NCBI RefSeq assembly: GCF_004010195.1 | Contig: NC_057749.1 | Span: forward strand, 9,894,728-9,958,727 | Length of the DNA stretch: 64,000 nucleotides | Direction of reading: 5' to 3' | Origin: Chiloscyllium plagiosum | Lineage: Eukaryota | Part shown: piece after piece, positions 23,701 through 38,700 of the stretch | Layout of the letters: every line of letters begins with the position of its first letter | How positions within the stretch are numbered: position 1 is the stretch's first letter | Made by a program: the position numbers and the translations under genes | Notes under the pieces: generated by a model | The model's database searches: none | Told to the model about the DNA's origin: nothing | Seen by the model: only the letters and a program-made list of their open reading frames with translations

Positions 23701-26700
23701 CACTCCACTGTCCTGTTTCCTGTTTCATTCCCCAATACAGTCACGTCATATCTTCAAGACAAACATTGATATAACGACATGGGGTCTGCCCCTCAGGAGT
23801 TATAATCTGCAAGGGGTCAATAGGCATCTTTCTTTGAGGGAGGCAGGTGGCTCAAGCATGAGGGGCATTTATCACTGCGATCCTCTCCGGTTTCTGGTAC
23901 GCAGTTCATCGGGTGGAATGTGCTGCCTGCTCTCAATCCAGACAATCTACGTGTTGCAATGTGCCTCAAGACGAGAGGACATAGCTTTGTGTGTCATCTC
24001 CTGCTGTAAAATAAACTGAGGTCCCGGCACTGAATATCGCATGAAGTTGTCCGATCTTTTACAGAGCGGCTGTTTGGAGTCAATACGTTGTTCTCTGTAG
24101 ATATGCTCAAACATAGACTTGCATTCCACAGCAATCAATGGGACCGGATGGCCGTAATGCTTTCATGTCTATAAAGGGAATCACTAAAGAGCCTATGATG
24201 GGAGATAAAACACTTACAAATTTACATGCTGTGTTAGAAGGCTAAAGGCACGCCAAATGCTTTGCTTTGACCTTCATTGCAGGAGAAGTTAAAAGGAAAA
24301 TCAAAAGCCCATAGGCTACAGGGAGCATGTTTTCACCATTGCAGAGGTAACCTTTCAGACTTCCCTTTTCCGACTAGATTACTGGGTATCTTCATGAAGC
24401 ATTCTCCAGTCTCCACACTTGTGTTTATATAGTGCCTTTTACTCCTAAAACATCTCAAGGGGCTTCACAGGAACGCGATAGAATGGCAGAATCTCTACAG
24501 GGTAACGGTAGGCCATTTGGCCCATCGAGTTCACACTGACTGCTGAAGAGCACCAGCCCCCACTGACCAACTCTATCCCTCAGCTCAGCAGGACTGGTAA
24601 CATCTGTGGAGAGAAATCAGAGTTAAAGTTTCAGGTCCACATGAGCTCAGTTTGTGCAGCACTTTCTCTTTTTATTTCAGATTTCTCTCCACAGATGCTG
24701 CCAGACCTGCTGTGTTTTTCCAGCAATTTCTGTTTCTGATTTACAGCATCTGCAGTTCTTTGGTTTTTACCCTATCCTTCCTGCAATTCTGTAACCTTGC
24801 ATCTCCCATGGCTGACCCACCTAGCCTGCATATCCCTGCACATTACGGGGCAATTTAGCATGGCGAATCCACCTAACCTGCACATCTTTGGAGTGCAGGA
24901 GAAAACCAGAGCATACAGAGGGAACCCACGCAAATGGAAAGAATGTGGAAACTCTACACAAGCAGTCACCTAAGGCTGGAATTGAACCCACCTCCCTAGC
25001 ACTGTGAGGCAGCAGTACTAACCACTGAGCCACTCAATAGGACGCCAAGTCTCTCAATATTCAGGCAGTTGCTTAAAAACTTCAACACGGTAAATTTTAA
25101 AGGAGAAAGAAAGAGGGGGAAAAAAAAGTGCTGGAGAAACTCAGCAGGTCTGGCAGCATCTGCAGAGAGAGAATAGTTAACACTTGGAGTCTTCAGGAAG
25201 AAAGGTCCTATTGGACTCAAAACGTTAACTCTGTTTTTCTCTCTCCACATGAGCTCAGTTTCTCCAGCATTTTCTCTTTTTTTATTTCAGGTGTCCAGCA
25301 GCTACAGTGTTTTGCCTTTTTATTTGGGAGACAGCGAGGGAATTCTGGAGCTTGGGGCCAGAGTACCCTCCCCTATCAGCATTCCGTAAAGACCACTCCC
25401 TCCGTGACTCCCTCGTCCCCTCCCCTATCAGCATTCCGTAAAGACCACTCCCTCCGTGACTCCCTCGTCCTTGAACCCCGCCCCTCCAACCGCCACCAGG
25501 ACAGAACCCCACTGGTCCTCACCTACCACCCCACCAATCTCCATGTACAGCGCATCATCCGCCGTCATTACCGCTACCTCCAAACGGACCTCACCACCAA
25601 GGATATATTTCCCTCCCCTCCCCTATCAGCATTCCGTAAAGACCACTCCCTCCGTGACTCCCTCGTCAGATCCACACCCCCCACCAACCCAACCTCCACT
25701 CCCCGCACCTTCCCCTGCAACCGCAGGAGGTGCAAGACTGGCGCCCACACCTATGAGGGAACTGGTGAAATCCGAGTTCATCCCTTGTGGTTGGAGTGTT
25801 CCTAGCCGGAAGATGAGGCGTTCTTTCTCCAACCGTCGTTTTGTTGTGGTCTGACCAGTTTCCTCATTTCCCCTGCCCCCACCCTGTCTCAGTCAAATCC
25901 ATCAAATTCAGCACCGCCTTCCTAACCTGAGATCTTCTTCCCGACCTCTCCACCCCCACCCCAGTCTGACCTATCACCCTCACCTTGACCTCTTTCCACC
26001 TATCACATTTCCGACGCCCCTCCCCCAAGTCCCTCCTCCCTACCTTTTATCTTAGCCTGCTGGACAAACTTTCCTCATTCCTGAAGAAGGGCTTATGCCC
26101 GAAACGTCGATTCTCCTGTTCCCTGGATGCTGCCTGACCTGCTGCGCTTTTCCAGCAACACATTTCCAGCCAGAGTACAATCACCAGTGGTGGCGGGATT
26201 CAAATCAGGGATGACTAAGAGGGTCAGAGAGAGTGTGGAGAGTTGTGGGGCTGGAAGAGATTCGAGAGTGGAGAGGATGAATGAGGGCACAGTGATTTGA
26301 AACCAAGGAGATTGTAACGTTAAAATTGAAGCATTGCTTAATTGGGAACCAATGAGCTTGGGTGAGAAGCGAATAAGATTTCGTTGTGCTAAGATTCACT
26401 CACCAAAGATTTGAGATGAAATGAAGTCTTTGGACGATAAGAATTTGAGAGATTAACTAGGCAAGCATTCAAATAGTCAAGGCAGGAGGTAATAAAGGTA
26501 TGGATGAATGTTTTTTTTGATTGGATTTATTATTGTCATGAACCGAGGTACAGTGAAAAGTTTTGTTCTGTGTGGAGTGCAGGTAGATCATACCACGCGA
26601 AGTGCATTAGGGTAATGGAACAGAGCGAGGAATACAATGTTATGGCTGCAGAGAAGGTGCACAAAGACCAAGATCAGTAATAAATTTTAAAATTGGAGGG

Positions 26701-29700
26701 GTCTATTCAGCAATCTAATAACAGCGAGGAAGAAACTGTTCCTGAATCTGTTGGTCCATGTGTTTAAGCTTTGGAATCTTCTCGGTGAGAGGTAAGGCAG
26801 AGTTGGGCGATATTGGCTGAAAATAGGGGGGGGTATTTGTTATATTCCGGTTATATGTTCAGAAACATTGAAGATAGGAGCAGGAGTAGGCCATTGGACC
26901 TTTCAAGTCTGCTTTGCCATTCATGGCTGATCATCTGGCTCAGTACCCTGTTTCCATGTTGTCCCTGTTCCCTTTTGATTCCTTTAGTCCTAAAAACTAT
27001 ATCGAGCTCCTCCTTGAATGTATTCAAGCTAGGAAGCTCATCTCTGGCAAATGTGACATGATGATTGCAAACAGACTGGTTTGATTCTAGGGAGAGCCCT
27101 GGAGCCTGTGGATAGGGAGCAAAGTGAAGTTCCTGACTGGTGCAAAATAATGGCTTCAGTGCAATCCGCAGTTAGTTGGAGTAAAATTCCTATTGGCCAG
27201 TTCTCAACTTTGGGCATGCAGTTTAATGACTGAAATGACATGATCTAACTTCAAGGCTTCTTTTCACCAGCTCTATCAGCCTGGGCCTGACCCCCCCCAC
27301 CACTTCCAAAACTTTCTTCAAATCTTCAGTTGTTTTCTTTGAAGTGGAATGTCAGAAACTGATGGATCCAGAACCTCTGGTGACGCTTACAATCGCACAA
27401 TAGTTGGTCCGTGTCTTTTGATTCATGGAGAAGCATGCTAGGCAAAAGATCATTGCCATAGTCTTCCTAGACTGCTCTCTCAGTAGTGGTAGTTCAACCT
27501 GAGGGTCACCATGTCTCAGGTGAGGGAGGGGAGGTTGGGAGAGAGAATCCATCGTGCTAACCTCAGCCCAGTGTGGGAATTGAACCCACACTGTCGACGT
27601 CACTCTGCATCATAAACCAGTCATCCTGCTGTAGGGGTCCCGTTAATAGGTTTGGTCAAAAGAGAAATGAACATAGTTATCTTTTGCTCTTCATGTGTTG
27701 TATTTTCTACAGAGATTCAGCAGAAGGTACCAAAACAGTAGTGGGTGGGCAACAGTGATCATTGTTTCAGTGCAACCACACTTGGTGGTCAGTCTGAACC
27801 TTCATGCATTTGGTTGCCCCTGGAGTTTTGAATTTCAGCTGTGCCCTGGTTTTAACTTGGGGCACAGTGAGTGAGCCGCAGTGCAAAACTTGGAGAGACA
27901 GTTCATTCAGCTGTTGACCCCATCTGAAGAACCTTACACCATTGCACTGTGCTGTCTTTTCAGAAGAACTAATCCATTTCATCCCAACTCTTTTCCCCCC
28001 CCCCCCTCCGGCCTTTTCCCTCACACTTTTTTTTTTAAAAAAACTGATTTCTTTGAAAAACCATTGTGGATTTTTCTGCTGCTGTTCTTGATACCGTTCC
28101 TAACACTCGTCTCTATGTGAAACTTTAAAAAAAGATAAACAATTTTCCTGAACTCTACCTTTGTGCTTTTCGGTGATGAGATTGCATTTAGACTGTTGAA
28201 TTGCAATTGAATTCCGAAAATTGTTTTCCCCAAAACCTGTTGTCATTTTGAACACTTCCATCTCATGTCTTGTTGACTGGTTTTGGTTCTTGTAACTGAA
28301 ATCTCTTGGTGGTATCTTTGTAAATCCCTCCTCTGCCATCTTCAGGGCCCCAACACTTGCTTTGGCAAAAAAGACGTGGCAAGTAGAATAGTTTTGCTAC
28401 TCTGTTGTAATTGAGTGAAATGTCTACTAGTTGTGGAAGAGCCAGGAAATTGCTTTAAAAGGTAATGGTTCTGACAGGGTTCATGTTGCATTAAACAGCA
28501 CCCAGTCTGGATCTTGAAGGGAACAGATGTGTCATTTCTGCTTCCCAATCGTCTTAATAGCAGCATGTGACTAGATAACGGCACTTTTATCCAATTGCTA
28601 TCATGCAATATATTACGTCTTGTTAAGGGAAGAGTCTGTTCTTATTAAGACTCATTAATGGTCGTTTCCTAACCACGTAGGTTCTTAAACCCAGTCAAGG
28701 AAAGAGGAATGGTGGTAGGATCCTCCTACCCACACATACCACCTAAATCTGCAGAAGGGAAAGGAATTCACACATGCCCCATACACAATTGGATGTTAAC
28801 TTATTATTGAATACGTGTAATTCGTCATTTGAAGAGGTCAGAGTGCACTCTACCCGGGTTCAAGTCCCACCTACTCCAGGGGTGTGTCTTAACCTCTTTG
28901 AGCAGGTCAGTTAGAAAATATCAGTAGCCCTATGTGTGCGTACCTATGCAACAGCCCTGTGTGAGCAGTACCTATACAACATGGGGTGCAGCAGTTCAAG
29001 AGGTCAGCTCACCACCACCATCTCCAAGGCAGTTAAGATGGACAATAAATACTTGCCCAGCCAGCAATGTCTCTATCCCTTGAACAAATAAAAAACTACT
29101 TTGATAATTTAAAAACCTCCATTAAGTAGCCTTCCTGGTCTTATTGTTTCCTGAGAAAAAGGCCTCAGCCCATTCCGTCTGATTAGTGCACCCTTGCAGT
29201 CATGGTATCATCCTATGGCCTCTCTTATTCTTGATGTCAAAGAACAAAGAAAATTACAGGAACAGGCCCTTCAGCCCTCCAAGCCTGCCCTGATCCAGAT
29301 CCTCTATCTAAACCTGTTGCCTATTTTCTAATGATCTGTATCCCTCTGCTCCCTGCCCGTTCATGTATCTGTCTAGATTCATCTTAAATAATGCTATTGT
29401 GCCTGCCCCACCACCACCACCGCTGGCAATGTGTTCCAGGCACCCACCATCCTCTGCTTAAAGACCTGTCCACGCATATCGTCCTTACACTTTTCCCCTC
29501 TCACCTTGAACCTAGTAATTGAATCCCCCACTGAGGAAAAAGCTTCTTGCTATCCACCCTATCTACACCTCTCCTGACTTTTTTTGTAGACCTCAGTTAG
29601 GACCCCCTCAACCTCCGTCTTTCTAATGAAAATAATCCTAATCTACTCAACCTCTCTTCATAGCTAACACTGTCCATACCAGGCAACATACTGTTGAACC

Positions 29701-32700
29701 TCCTCTGCACCGTCTCCAAAGCATCTACATCCCTTTGGTAATGTGGCGACCAGAACTGTACGCAGTATTCCAAATGTGGCCGAATCAAAGTCCAATACAA
29801 CTGTAACATAACCTGGCAACTCTTGTACTCACTACCCCATCCATTGAAGAAAAACATACCATATGCCTTCTTGACCTACGTTGCCATCTTTGGAGTACAA
29901 TGAACTAAGATCTCTTGATTAAATCGATTTTGCTCAGGGCTTTTCCATTTACCATATAGAATCTGCCACAGTGTGGAAACAGGCCCTTTGGCCCAACAAA
30001 TCCACACCGACCCTCCAAAGAGTAACCCACCCAGACCCATCTTGTTACCTTATTACTCTACATTTACCCCTGACTGATGCACCTAACCTACACATCCCTG
30101 GACACTATGGGGCAATTTCCCATGATCAGTTTATCTAACCTGCACATCCCTGGACACTATGGGGCAATTTCCCATGATCAATTCACCTAACCTGCACATC
30201 TTTGACTTGTGAGAGGAAACAAGAGCACCCGGCGGAAACCCGCACAGACACTGGGACAATGTGCAAACTCCACACAAACAGTCAGTCGAGGCTGGAATTG
30301 AACCCGGGTCCCTGGTGTTGTGAGGCTACAGTACTAACTTACTGAGCCACTGTGCAGTTCACTCTTGAGTTAGATCTTCCAAAATGCATCACCTTGCATT
30401 TGCCCAGATTGAACTCTATTTGCCATTTCTCTGCCCAACTCCCCAATCTATCTATATTCTGCATTATCTGATAGTCTCCTTCACTATCTGCTACTCCACC
30501 AATCTTAGTGTTATCTGCAAACTTGCTAATCAGAACATCTATACCTTCCTTCAAATCATTTTATATATATATAGAAACAACATGGTCCTAACATGGATTC
30601 CTGTAGAACACCACTGGTCACAGTTCTCCATTTTGAGAAACTCCCTTCCACCATCACTCTGTCTCCTGCTGCCCAGCCAGTTCTCTATCCATCTAGCCAG
30701 TGCACTCTGGACGCCATGTGTCTTCACTTTCTCCATCAGCCTACCGTGGGGAACCTTATTGAACACCTTACTGAAGTCCATGTATGTGACATCCATAGCC
30801 CTTCCCTGATCAATCAACTTTGTCATTTCCTCAAAGAATTCTATGAAGTTGGTAAGACATGACCTTCCCTGCGCAAAACAAGCAAGTTAGCATTGAACAT
30901 TTCTGATTCCGTCTCTCTTGATATATGTTCTATATATGATTCTGATTTCCATTGGATTAGTTATGCTGTAGATGATGCCCAAACCTCTTAAGAAGTTACT
31001 TCAAAACCAGGTCCCAGTACATGAGAGCATTACTTGTTGGTGTTACTGTTATAGGTCACCTTTCACGAGGCTCATAGACTTTGCGCAAAGTGAAAATAGA
31101 AACTGGAGGAGCTGCACTTTAGTTGGTGGCTTGAAATTGTTAGTTTTTGAGTATTCAATTGGAATTGCTGATCAGTAATTGGGATGGAGTGCCATTCTGC
31201 CTTGTCTAATTTCACTGCTGTCCCACCCTCCTGTTTCCTCCCTGTGTAACCTCATTCATGGTGGCTCAGTGGTCAGCACTGCTGCCTCACAACACCAGAG
31301 ACCTGGGTTCAAATCCACCCTGGGATGATTGTCAGTGTGGAGTTAGCACGTTCTCCCCAAGTCTGTGCAGGTTTCCTCCCATAGTCCAAAGATGTGCAGG
31401 TTAAATGGATTGGCCATTTAGGGTGATAGGGTAGGGAATGGGTCTGGGTGGGATTATCTTCAGAGAGTCAGTGTGGATTTGATGGGCCAAATGGCCTGCT
31501 GTAGGGATCTGATGTCCCTTGTTTGAAAGACCAAAGAAAGGTCTTTCAGCAATGATTCTGTCAAAAGCTTTGGTGATTGAGTTGAATGGAAGTTGCAATT
31601 ATCAGAATATTGTCTTGCCTTGTATTGAAATCTCATTCTAACTGCGCTTGACATATTTACACAGCACAATCTGTCCATACCCTGAGGTTGACATTAATCA
31701 GCTTTTGACATGGTTTCTTGAGTGTCTGCAATCCCCATTGGCTTCCCATTAGTTTCCCAGCTGGGTTGCAAATTAAATCAGGTTGTATTTTATGAGCCCC
31801 ATAGACAGCATTAATTATTTCTTTTTGAAAGTTGACTGACTGAAAATACCCCACAAAAAGATGTCACATTTTAAGACCTTTACTGTTTTTCAAAAAAATA
31901 TAAAAGCAACATTCTGTAACTACTGTTTAGGAGTTAACAACAGAAATGGTCTTCATATGAATTACAGCACAAACAGCCACAGTTATGTTACACTCCGTTT
32001 AACTGGACACCATATTCTCCTGAAACCGCTCCAAAGCTTTCCTCCATGCCTGATGTAAAAGTGAAGTACTATTGATACTCAAAAATCTGAAGTTAAATCA
32101 GAAAGGCTGAAGAAACCTATGAAGTCTGGCAGCATTTATTGAGGGAGGAACAGAATTAACATTTAGACTTCAATATGATTCCCCATCAGAACTGTTACAG
32201 AGCAAAATCTGATTGAACTCAAGTCATTAACACTCGTTTTTGCAGCACTTTTTCTTTTTACTGTCATACTGATTGCGTGTTTCTTTCCTTCTCTTCCAGC
32301 TGACTCACTTCTAATCCTAGGACTGACTTTCACTTTGAAGATTCCTTCCCTCTAGGCCGAGCTGGTCAAATCTTCCAGCCTTTCCTCTTGCCTCCAGTTT
32401 GTCTCCCTCTATCTCTCTTTCTATTCCTTTTCTTTCACGAATGTGGGCACACATTCTTGCAGACTCACTTGATTCTGAGGTTCAGTTAAATCTTAGGAAA
32501 TGCTGCAACATGGCATTGCAACGCTTGTGATGGACTGTTCTCTTCCTAAAGGCCATCTCCTTTGGAATGTGAATCATCTGGAACTTTTCAGGGATAAATT
32601 GGCGATTGTCCTGGCTTCCAGCTCCATTTGAGCAAGGAATTAAATAGCCAGCTTCAGGTATAACTATTTAACCATAAGAATTAAGGGTGGGGCAGCCCTG

Positions 32701-35700
32701 TGGCTCAGTGGTTAGCACTGCTGCCTCACAACGCAAAGGACCCAGGTGTGATTCCACCCTCAGATGACTGTCTGTCTGTGTTGAGTTTGCATGTTCTCCC
32801 CATGTCTGCGTGGGTTTCCTCCCGCAATCCAAAGATGTGCAGGTGTGGTGAATTGGCCATGCTAAATTGCCCAGTGTTCAGGGATGTGTAGGTTAGGTGC
32901 ATTAGTCAGGGGTAAAATGTAGAGTAATAAGGTAAGGAGATGGGTCTGGGTGGGTTACTCTTCGGAGGGTTGGTGTGGATTTGTTGGGCCTATTTGCACA
33001 CTGTAGGGATTCTATGAATCATGGTTTCTTTGATTAGAAACTTGAAACTTTGCGAAGGGATTAGAGGAAGCTGGGCTGGAGAAGGTGCCAATGCAGCAAA
33101 AATGCCAGCAGAGGCAGGTTAAGTCAATGGGCAGCTTCTGTATCCCACATTCAATATAACAATATAAATTATAAATCCCTTTCCCTTGTGTCAGATTGTA
33201 CGTGTTTGTGGATTTACATTGTTGTAATAATGTTGGTTTTATGCCTCTACAGTAAGCCTGCACATGGTTAACTCAATTTTCAGTGCCTGACATAATTATC
33301 TGACTATGAACCAGGATGTGCCTCCCTCTACATAATAGCCCATCCACAGATCAGAAATGCAGTAAGCTTGTGTGCAATAAGAGCACTCTTCAGTGTTGTT
33401 CATTGAAATTAAGAGCTTTTATAGCTGAGATTCTGCTTTTGTATAGTGTGTTTTAAAATGTGTCTCATTATTAAGGAGCAGCCCAAAGGTTACGGATTCA
33501 TACCAGGATGTAAATTTAGTAAGGTAAAGTGTTTGGATTCTAATTAAAATATGCAGATATTTTTGTCCCTTTCCTGCTGAAAGCATTGAATCATAACTCC
33601 CCAGGCACAGCTCAAGGCCCCCCCCCCCCCCCCCCCCCCAACTCCATTTGTGTCGGCAGGTATGCCTTTAACCAATGGCTCTTAAGCAGATTATCTGATC
33701 ATTTATCTCCTTTCTGTTTTTTGGGAGCTTGCTGTGTCTGAATTAGCTTAGTCTCCGACATTATAGCAACAACTGCTCTTCAGAAATACTTAATTAGCCG
33801 TCGGGTAAATGTTGCATAAACGCGAGTCCTTTTTCTCTCTGATTATTTTGGCATGTCAGGATTTCTTTATATTTTTTCTTGGATTGTGGGCATCACTGGC
33901 AAGGTCAGGATTTGTTGCCTGTTTTTCATTGCCCTTGAACTGAGTGGTTTGCTGGGCCATTTCAGAGGGGAGTTTAAAGTCAACCACATAGCTATCAGGT
34001 CTGGAGTCACATGTAGGCCAGACTGGGTAAGGACAGCAGGCTCCTTTCTCTACGGGGTTTTTATGACAATCTATAATAGTTTTATGGTCACCACTGCTGC
34101 AATTGGCTTTCAGCCAGTAGTTTTATTGATTGAACTTGGATTTTACCAGACTATTAGTCTGGGTTTCTAGTTTAGTAAATTTGTGATATTACCAGTTGGC
34201 CATCCCTCCCCAAACACAGTGAGCAGCCAAGTGTGCTAATACCTATGTTTGACCTCACATTAGAAATTCTGGCTTGTTTTCATCCCCCCTCGATGAGCCA
34301 GACTTGCTGAAACCCATTGTGGCCTTCCTACTGTTTTGAGATCAACAGTCTCTTTATCTGTGGGGAATTGGGCGTAGAACTTGATGGTTCATCTATGCGC
34401 ACTGTCTTTATCAGTTGAACCATCAAGGAACCTGCAATTATTGTCAAACCTGATCTTGCCTAGTTTTTAACTGCCCTTTCTGGCTTGCCTGTAACATTTG
34501 GTGTTAGTCATTGCTGCTGCATTTCTGGTAGTGTTTACAGTTCCATGTTGATCATTTATCAGAACTTGTTCAAACCTCTTAGCCTACCTCATGGCAACTA
34601 CTACGGATCCGATTCACTCAATTGCTAAATAAATTTTATTTGATGTTTTAAAAAGCAACTTTTATTTCGGCTTTCTCATCTGCTTGTCCCAGATGCCAGG
34701 ACTATAAAAGTATGTGTTTGATACCAGAACTTACTCTCTTTAGCAGTGTTTTCGAGGAGATTGAAGTGTTTTGTGTACCCTCGGGTATCTTGCGCACTGT
34801 TCCTCTGTATATTTTTGTTTTTTTTTTAAATATGTCTCTTGTCTAATAGCTCCAGTGAGCCCTCCATTGAACAAACCACTCTCACTTTCTTCCCTGTGGT
34901 TCTTCCCTGCAAAGATTTATTTTGGCAATGTCCTTGTGCTGTGCGCACCTTGTAATTTGAGAAAATGTCTTGGTGGTTCCTGGCAAGTCAAGCACAGGCT
35001 TAATTTCTGTGACCTGTAATTTTCTACATGGAAGTGATTGTCTAAGTGGATATGGTATTTATCATTGGCTAAATCCATAGTATTTATCATGAATTTAACT
35101 CCTGTCCTCTTTGATTTGTTGTAGCTCATTTGTTTTGCAGTTTCAAAAGGAGAAAAATGTAAACTTCTATTTGGCTGAATTTAAAATTTTTAAAAGATCT
35201 GTTGAAAAATAAAGCCATAATCTAACTGCAACAGTGACTACATTTCAAGTACATTGTTGGCTGTGTAGAGATTTGGTGGTCATGAAAAGCACTGTACAAA
35301 TTCAAGTCACCTTTTCTTTTTTACAAACTACTCAAAATCCACAGCAAGTTAGTCAGTATCTGTAGCAAAACTGGAGGATATGACATTTGATATATTCCCA
35401 CCTCTTCAAACAGAGTACATAGAAAGTGTTACACATTGTACTTTCTCTTTGCGAATTTGAATTTGCTTAATCATAGGGATGCACAGCACGGAAACAGACC
35501 ATTCAATCCAACTCGTCCACGCTGACCAAATATCCTAAATCCAGTCCCATTTGGCCCATATCTCTCTCAACCCTTCCTATTCACATACCCATCCAGATGC
35601 CTTTTAAATGTTGTAATTGTACCAGCCTCCACCACTTCCTCTGGCAGCTCATTCCATACACGTACCACCCTCTGTGTGGAAACAATTGCCCCTTAGGTCC

Positions 35701-38700
35701 CTTTTAAATCTTACCCCTCTCACCTTAAATCTTACACCCACCCTCTGAAAAAGGCCCTATCCATGCCCCTCATTAATTTTATAAACTTCTGAATGATTAC
35801 CCCTCAGCTTCCGAAACTCCAGGGAACACAGCCCCAGCTTGTTCAGCCTCTCCCTATAGCTCAAATCCTCCAACCCTGGCAACATCCTTGTAATTTTTAA
35901 ATTATCATCATCTTTGCTATATGCTTCCTGATTTTCTACTTCTAACTTTTGCAATTAATTAACACATGCCTCCAAACCAGAGCAGGATGAGGGGAAACTG
36001 TTTCCATTGGCAGAAAGTTCTGTATTCCTTCAGATTCAAGGTAAATTACGAACCGACTGGGACCAAGGTGAGAATTTGTTTTTATTTCGAAGATCGGGAA
36101 TGCAATGCCTGAAAGAGTAAAGGAAGTAGATTCAATGGTAACGTTCAAAAGGAAGTTGGATAGGTAATTGGAAGGGGGAAAACTTTCAGGGACGTGGGAA
36201 AGAGTAGGAAACTGGGAGCATTTCGACAGAGTTTTCAAAGCCATTGGTAGACTGAATGGCTTTGCTGAGTCATTCTGTAATTGTAATGTTTCCTCTTCCT
36301 CCAATCTGATTGCTGTTCCTGTTCAGTCGGTGATTGGGGGAGGTGATAGAGGAATGGTAATGTTATTGGGCTAGCATTCTAGGGACCCAGGCTCATGCTC
36401 TGGATTTAAGTCCCACCTGCTGGCAACTGATAAATCAAGAATATAACCAGTCTCTGTGACAGTGACCGTGGAACTAATGTCAATTGTTTGTGAAAACCCG
36501 TCTGGCTCACTGTTCTTTCAGGGAGGGAATCTGCCACTCTTACTCGCTCTGACTGATGTATGAGTCCACACCTAGAGCAATGTGGTTGACTCTTGACTGC
36601 CCTCTGGAATAGGTGATCAAGCCACTCGGTTCAAGGGGAAATTGGGAGCAGGCAACAAATGCCTGGCCTTGCCAGTGACAACCACCTCCTGCAAAGGAAT
36701 CTTAAATGGAATGATCAGGTGTACAAACAGTTTGGCTTGAAAATACGAGGCAGGAGGCACAGTGATTCAAGTCTTGGACTATTAATGTCTGAACTTGGGG
36801 CTTTCAATGGAGTAGTGGCAAAACATAAGGTGGCACAGTGGTTAGCACTGCTGCCTCACAGCGCCAGAGACCCGGGTCCAATTCCCGCCTCAGGCGACTG
36901 ACTGTGTGGAGTTTGCACGTTCTCCCCGTGTCTGCGTGGGTTTCCTCCGGGTGCTCCGGTTTCCTCCAACAGTCCAAAGATGTGCAGGTCAGGTGAATTG
37001 GCCATGCTAAATTGCCCGTAGTGTTAGGTAAGGGGTCGATGTAGGAGTATGGGTGGGTTGCGCTTCGGCGGGTCGGTGTGGACTTGTTGGGCCGAAAGGG
37101 CCTGTTTCCACACTGTAAGTAATCTAATCTATAAGATTTGGATGAAATCCAGATATAGTTGGAAAGATGGAAGTCATCCTCATTCAAATACTTTTGGAAG
37201 GACAAACATAAAAGAAACCTATTCCTCCTCTTGGGATCTTGTGGTGTAGTGGCAATGTCCTTACCTCTGAGCCAGAAGGTCCCAGTTCGAGTCCTACCTG
37301 CACTGTAAGTGTCTGTCTGAAAGGAAATACACTGGTGATTAACTGACCAAGCAGACTTATTAGAAATATCAACACACATACACACACCCCTTACCTTTTG
37401 TTGATGCCTGAGAATCACAGCTGTCTTGAATTAGTGGTTGGTGTTCTCTGGAACAAAGGAAAAAATAATCTGGACAAGCAAGTACTTGGGCAGATATTGA
37501 CCTCAGCAGGAAATGAGTTGCTGGGGGAGGTGGGAACCAATGCAAGACTGACTTGATTGGATTACAAGACAACTGTAACCTTTCGGCAGTGGGATCCTGA
37601 AACAAGCTCAAGAGGTCGACTCATAATGATTGAGTTGATCCTTAACTGTAGTAATGATTGGGCTTGGAACTAAAGTAGGTTTTGTTTTTAATTCCGGGAA
37701 GTATTTAGTTTTTCATGCCTCTTTCTTCAGTTTCCGCGTTTAAAGGTTGAAATCTGTTGGCTGTTGGAGTTTAAACCTCAACCGTTACAACTCCTAGCTG
37801 TCTTTGCTGTCTTCCTTTTTGATTTTATTTCAAAAACATGTTTGCTACTTTAAAATGAGTGCAGACATTAGGAACAATATTTAGGATTTGGATGAAGCGG
37901 ATTTACAGTGACTCTTTTCTGTCTGTATTAGCTGAACAGCTGTGAGCGCGGGGGGACATTGGATGATTGCTTGGATAGAAATGTTGTGCAGGATTATGGG
38001 CTAAAGACAGGCGACTGGCACTAGATGATAGAACCAGTGCATGCATGATGGGCTGAATGGCCACCTCCTGCACTGCGTAATGGTTTTGTGAACTAACTTT
38101 ACCCAATTACATTGAGCGGCGACCCTAAACAGGATTGATATAATGGAGGTGGAGCAAAAGAAAGTGTTCCCAGGATCAGAGGTGTTCTAAACGCTACCTT
38201 TGTTAATTGCAGTCCCCAACTAATGCTGGGTAGGTCAGTCTCTGTGTGGGAAGCACGGTGTGTGTGTTGGGTTGCTTATATCATCAAAAAGTTCTGTTAC
38301 TAATTTTTGATTTATTCATGAGAATGGGATGTGGGTGTCACTGGCTGGAACAGCATTTATGGCCCATCCCTAATTACCCAGAAGGCAGTTAAGAGTCACC
38401 CACATTGTTGTGGATTTGGAGTCACATGTAGGACAAACCAAGTGAGGATGACCGCTTCCCTCCCTAAAGGGCATGAGTGAACCAGATGGGTTTTTCCTGA
38501 CAATTGACAACGGTTACATGGTTATCATTAAACTCTTATTTCTAGATTATTAATGAATTCAAATTCCACCATCTGACATGGTGAGATTCAAACCCGGGTC
38601 CCCAGAACATTATCTAGTTCAATAGTGTAGCAATAATGTCACTCTGACATCACCTCCCCTTAATCCCCATACAATTTATAGAAGTGTTCACAAGATGATC

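Noticed and set aside
25366..25667. Spaced direct repeats resembling a CRISPR array
   Set aside because: Eukaryotic context, repeats are pieces of PLE coding sequence, no regular unique spacers
25128..25805. 225-aa ORF as a novel gene
   Set aside because: Chimera of a palindromic repeat and a rearranged PLE fragment
27713..27758. [14 protein letters not shown] segment as the exon 10 equivalent
   Set aside because: Wrong acceptor phase and in-frame stop; 21240-21316 fits phases and sequence
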